The notes under the pieces are model-generated. The model made no database searches and was not told where the DNA came from. It saw only the letters and a list, made by a program, of their open reading frames with translations. DNA of 63,366 bases, the filler included, from Basidioascus undulatus (lineage: Eukaryota), in assembly GCA_000826855.1 (NCBI GenBank). It is 5 parts of 5 records of this genome, joined end to end, with 100 filler letters (N's around TTAATTAATTAA, not from the genome) between each part and the next. Parts side by side here need not be neighbours in the genome. Positions count along the whole stretch, not along the records: positions 50,791 to 63,366 come from JTLS01000892.1; 4 more parts are not named here. One strand, given 5' to 3'. Within the stretch, counting starts at the first letter, position 1. Each line of letters opens with the position of its first letter. Shown here in pieces: positions 62,290-63,366 of the stretch. The translations under genes and the position numbers were made by a program.

Positions 62290-63366
62290 ATGCGCGAGAG
62301 CAACTTCTCGTTCCCCGCCCAGAACCGGGCGAGCATATGCATCACCTCGGCGATGTACGACCGCAGAGGTGAGTCTGCGCCCAATTCCTAGTTGAAATCA
62401 TCGGGAGCATGCATTTTAGGGGTGGGCATCTGCTCTCATCTGCTCTGGGATGGGCCCGCGGTGGATGGACGCTCAACGCCCAGCGGCTTGCCACCCCTCC
62501 CCTGCTCGCGCGCCTGCCGACTGTACACGCTGACTCGCATGCCTGCCCTTGCCCCGCCCACGCAGCGCTGGACGTCAACAACCCCCTCCCTTTAATCAAT
62601 TCCCTCACGCACCTCACATACCTCACCTCCACCGCGCCGCGCATCCGCGAGATCCTCACGTACGACGGCGGGCTCGAGCGCCTGATCCGCATCATGCGTT
62701 CGAGCGCCGCGCTCCTCTCCATCCCGGGCGGGGCACCCGCGCCGCAGCCGTTCCTCCTCGCGACCTCGCCCGCGTCCACCGAGGGCGGGCTGGACCGCCA
62801 GCTCCTCTGGCAGTGGAGCCTCGCGTTCCAGTGCGTCGTCAACGTCGGCGTGCGCGGCAGCGAGGCCGTCCGCACGAGGGTCGTCCAGGCTGGCATGCTC
62901 GAGGTCGTCGCTGGCGTGCTGAGCAGCTGGAAGGACGGCATGGACCGTGTGAAGGAGGGTCGAGAACGAGAGGCGATGAGGCGGAAGGAGGCTAGAGCCG
63001 CTGCTCGAGGTTCGTTCGCTGCCGCCGTCACTCTCCTACCCCGCAACGGCCCGCACTCACACAGACCCACCATCACCATCCATCAAAGCAGCCGCTGCGA
63101 ATGCGCTTCTCCTTCCTCCTGTTCCTCAACGATCGACCACGCCCGACTCGGCCGCCATGGCCGACGACGAGACGGAGTCGTCCGCTTCTGTTTCCACCCT
63201 CCTCACCGCTTCCGCCTCCTCCTCTTCCCTCAACGAAGACGTCGAGATGGCCGACCCCAAGCCTGCGACCGCCGACATGGACATGACCCCCACCGCGTCC
63301 GCCTCTTCCTCCTCCGCCGCTGGATTTTCTTCCCCGTTATACTTGTCTCCGCCCTCCCGCCACTCT
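62290..63366 (+). CDS. MUB1: MYND-type zinc-finger protein Mub1/SamB, 3'-partial
   Basis: MRESNFSFPAQNRASICITSAMYDRR|ALD...LINSLTHLTYLTSTAPRIREILTYDGGLERLIRI, WSLAFQCVVNVGVRGSEAVRTRVVQAG. The MYND finger itself lies outside the window. Confidence 0.92.

Overview
Eukaryotic, GC-rich, very intron-dense fungal DNA (basidiomycete by RPB2, SEC16 and MUB1 sequence style; short ~55-110 nt GT-AG introns with CTRAC-like branch points). The window is not one locus. It is five contigs (12619, 12601, 12589, 12581 and 12576 bp, in descending length order) joined by artificial 100-bp N44-TTAATTAATTAA-N44 linkers, so adjacency across linkers means nothing. Contig 1: PLC1 (5'-partial), an SDR, RMD1, an Est1/Ebs1/SMG7-family gene (5'-partial). 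Contig 2: MET2 (3'-partial), a lesioned GRE2-like reductase pseudogene, APE4, an SLS1-like mitochondrial protein, an LRR protein. Contig 3: SFP1-like zinc finger (partial), SBA1/p23, RKM5-like methyltransferase, an F-box remnant, a mitochondrial GGQ release factor, RPS10, a Cys-rich orphan, a secreted-protein start. Contig 4: RPB2 preceded by an inverted, partly decayed copy of its own 3' end, an F-box/LRR pseudogene, an ATS1-like RCC1 protein (partial). Contig 5: SEC16 (partial), a Ura1-like putative dihydrouracil oxidase ending in a PTS1 signal, a two-repeat polyubiquitin with a GC-AG intron, MUB1 (partial). Best leads: the RPB2 inverted repeat with a divergence gradient, the putatively peroxisomal dihydrouracil oxidase, and a highly structured 5'-UTR intron in RPS10. 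All gene models were spliced by eye; no database searches were run.
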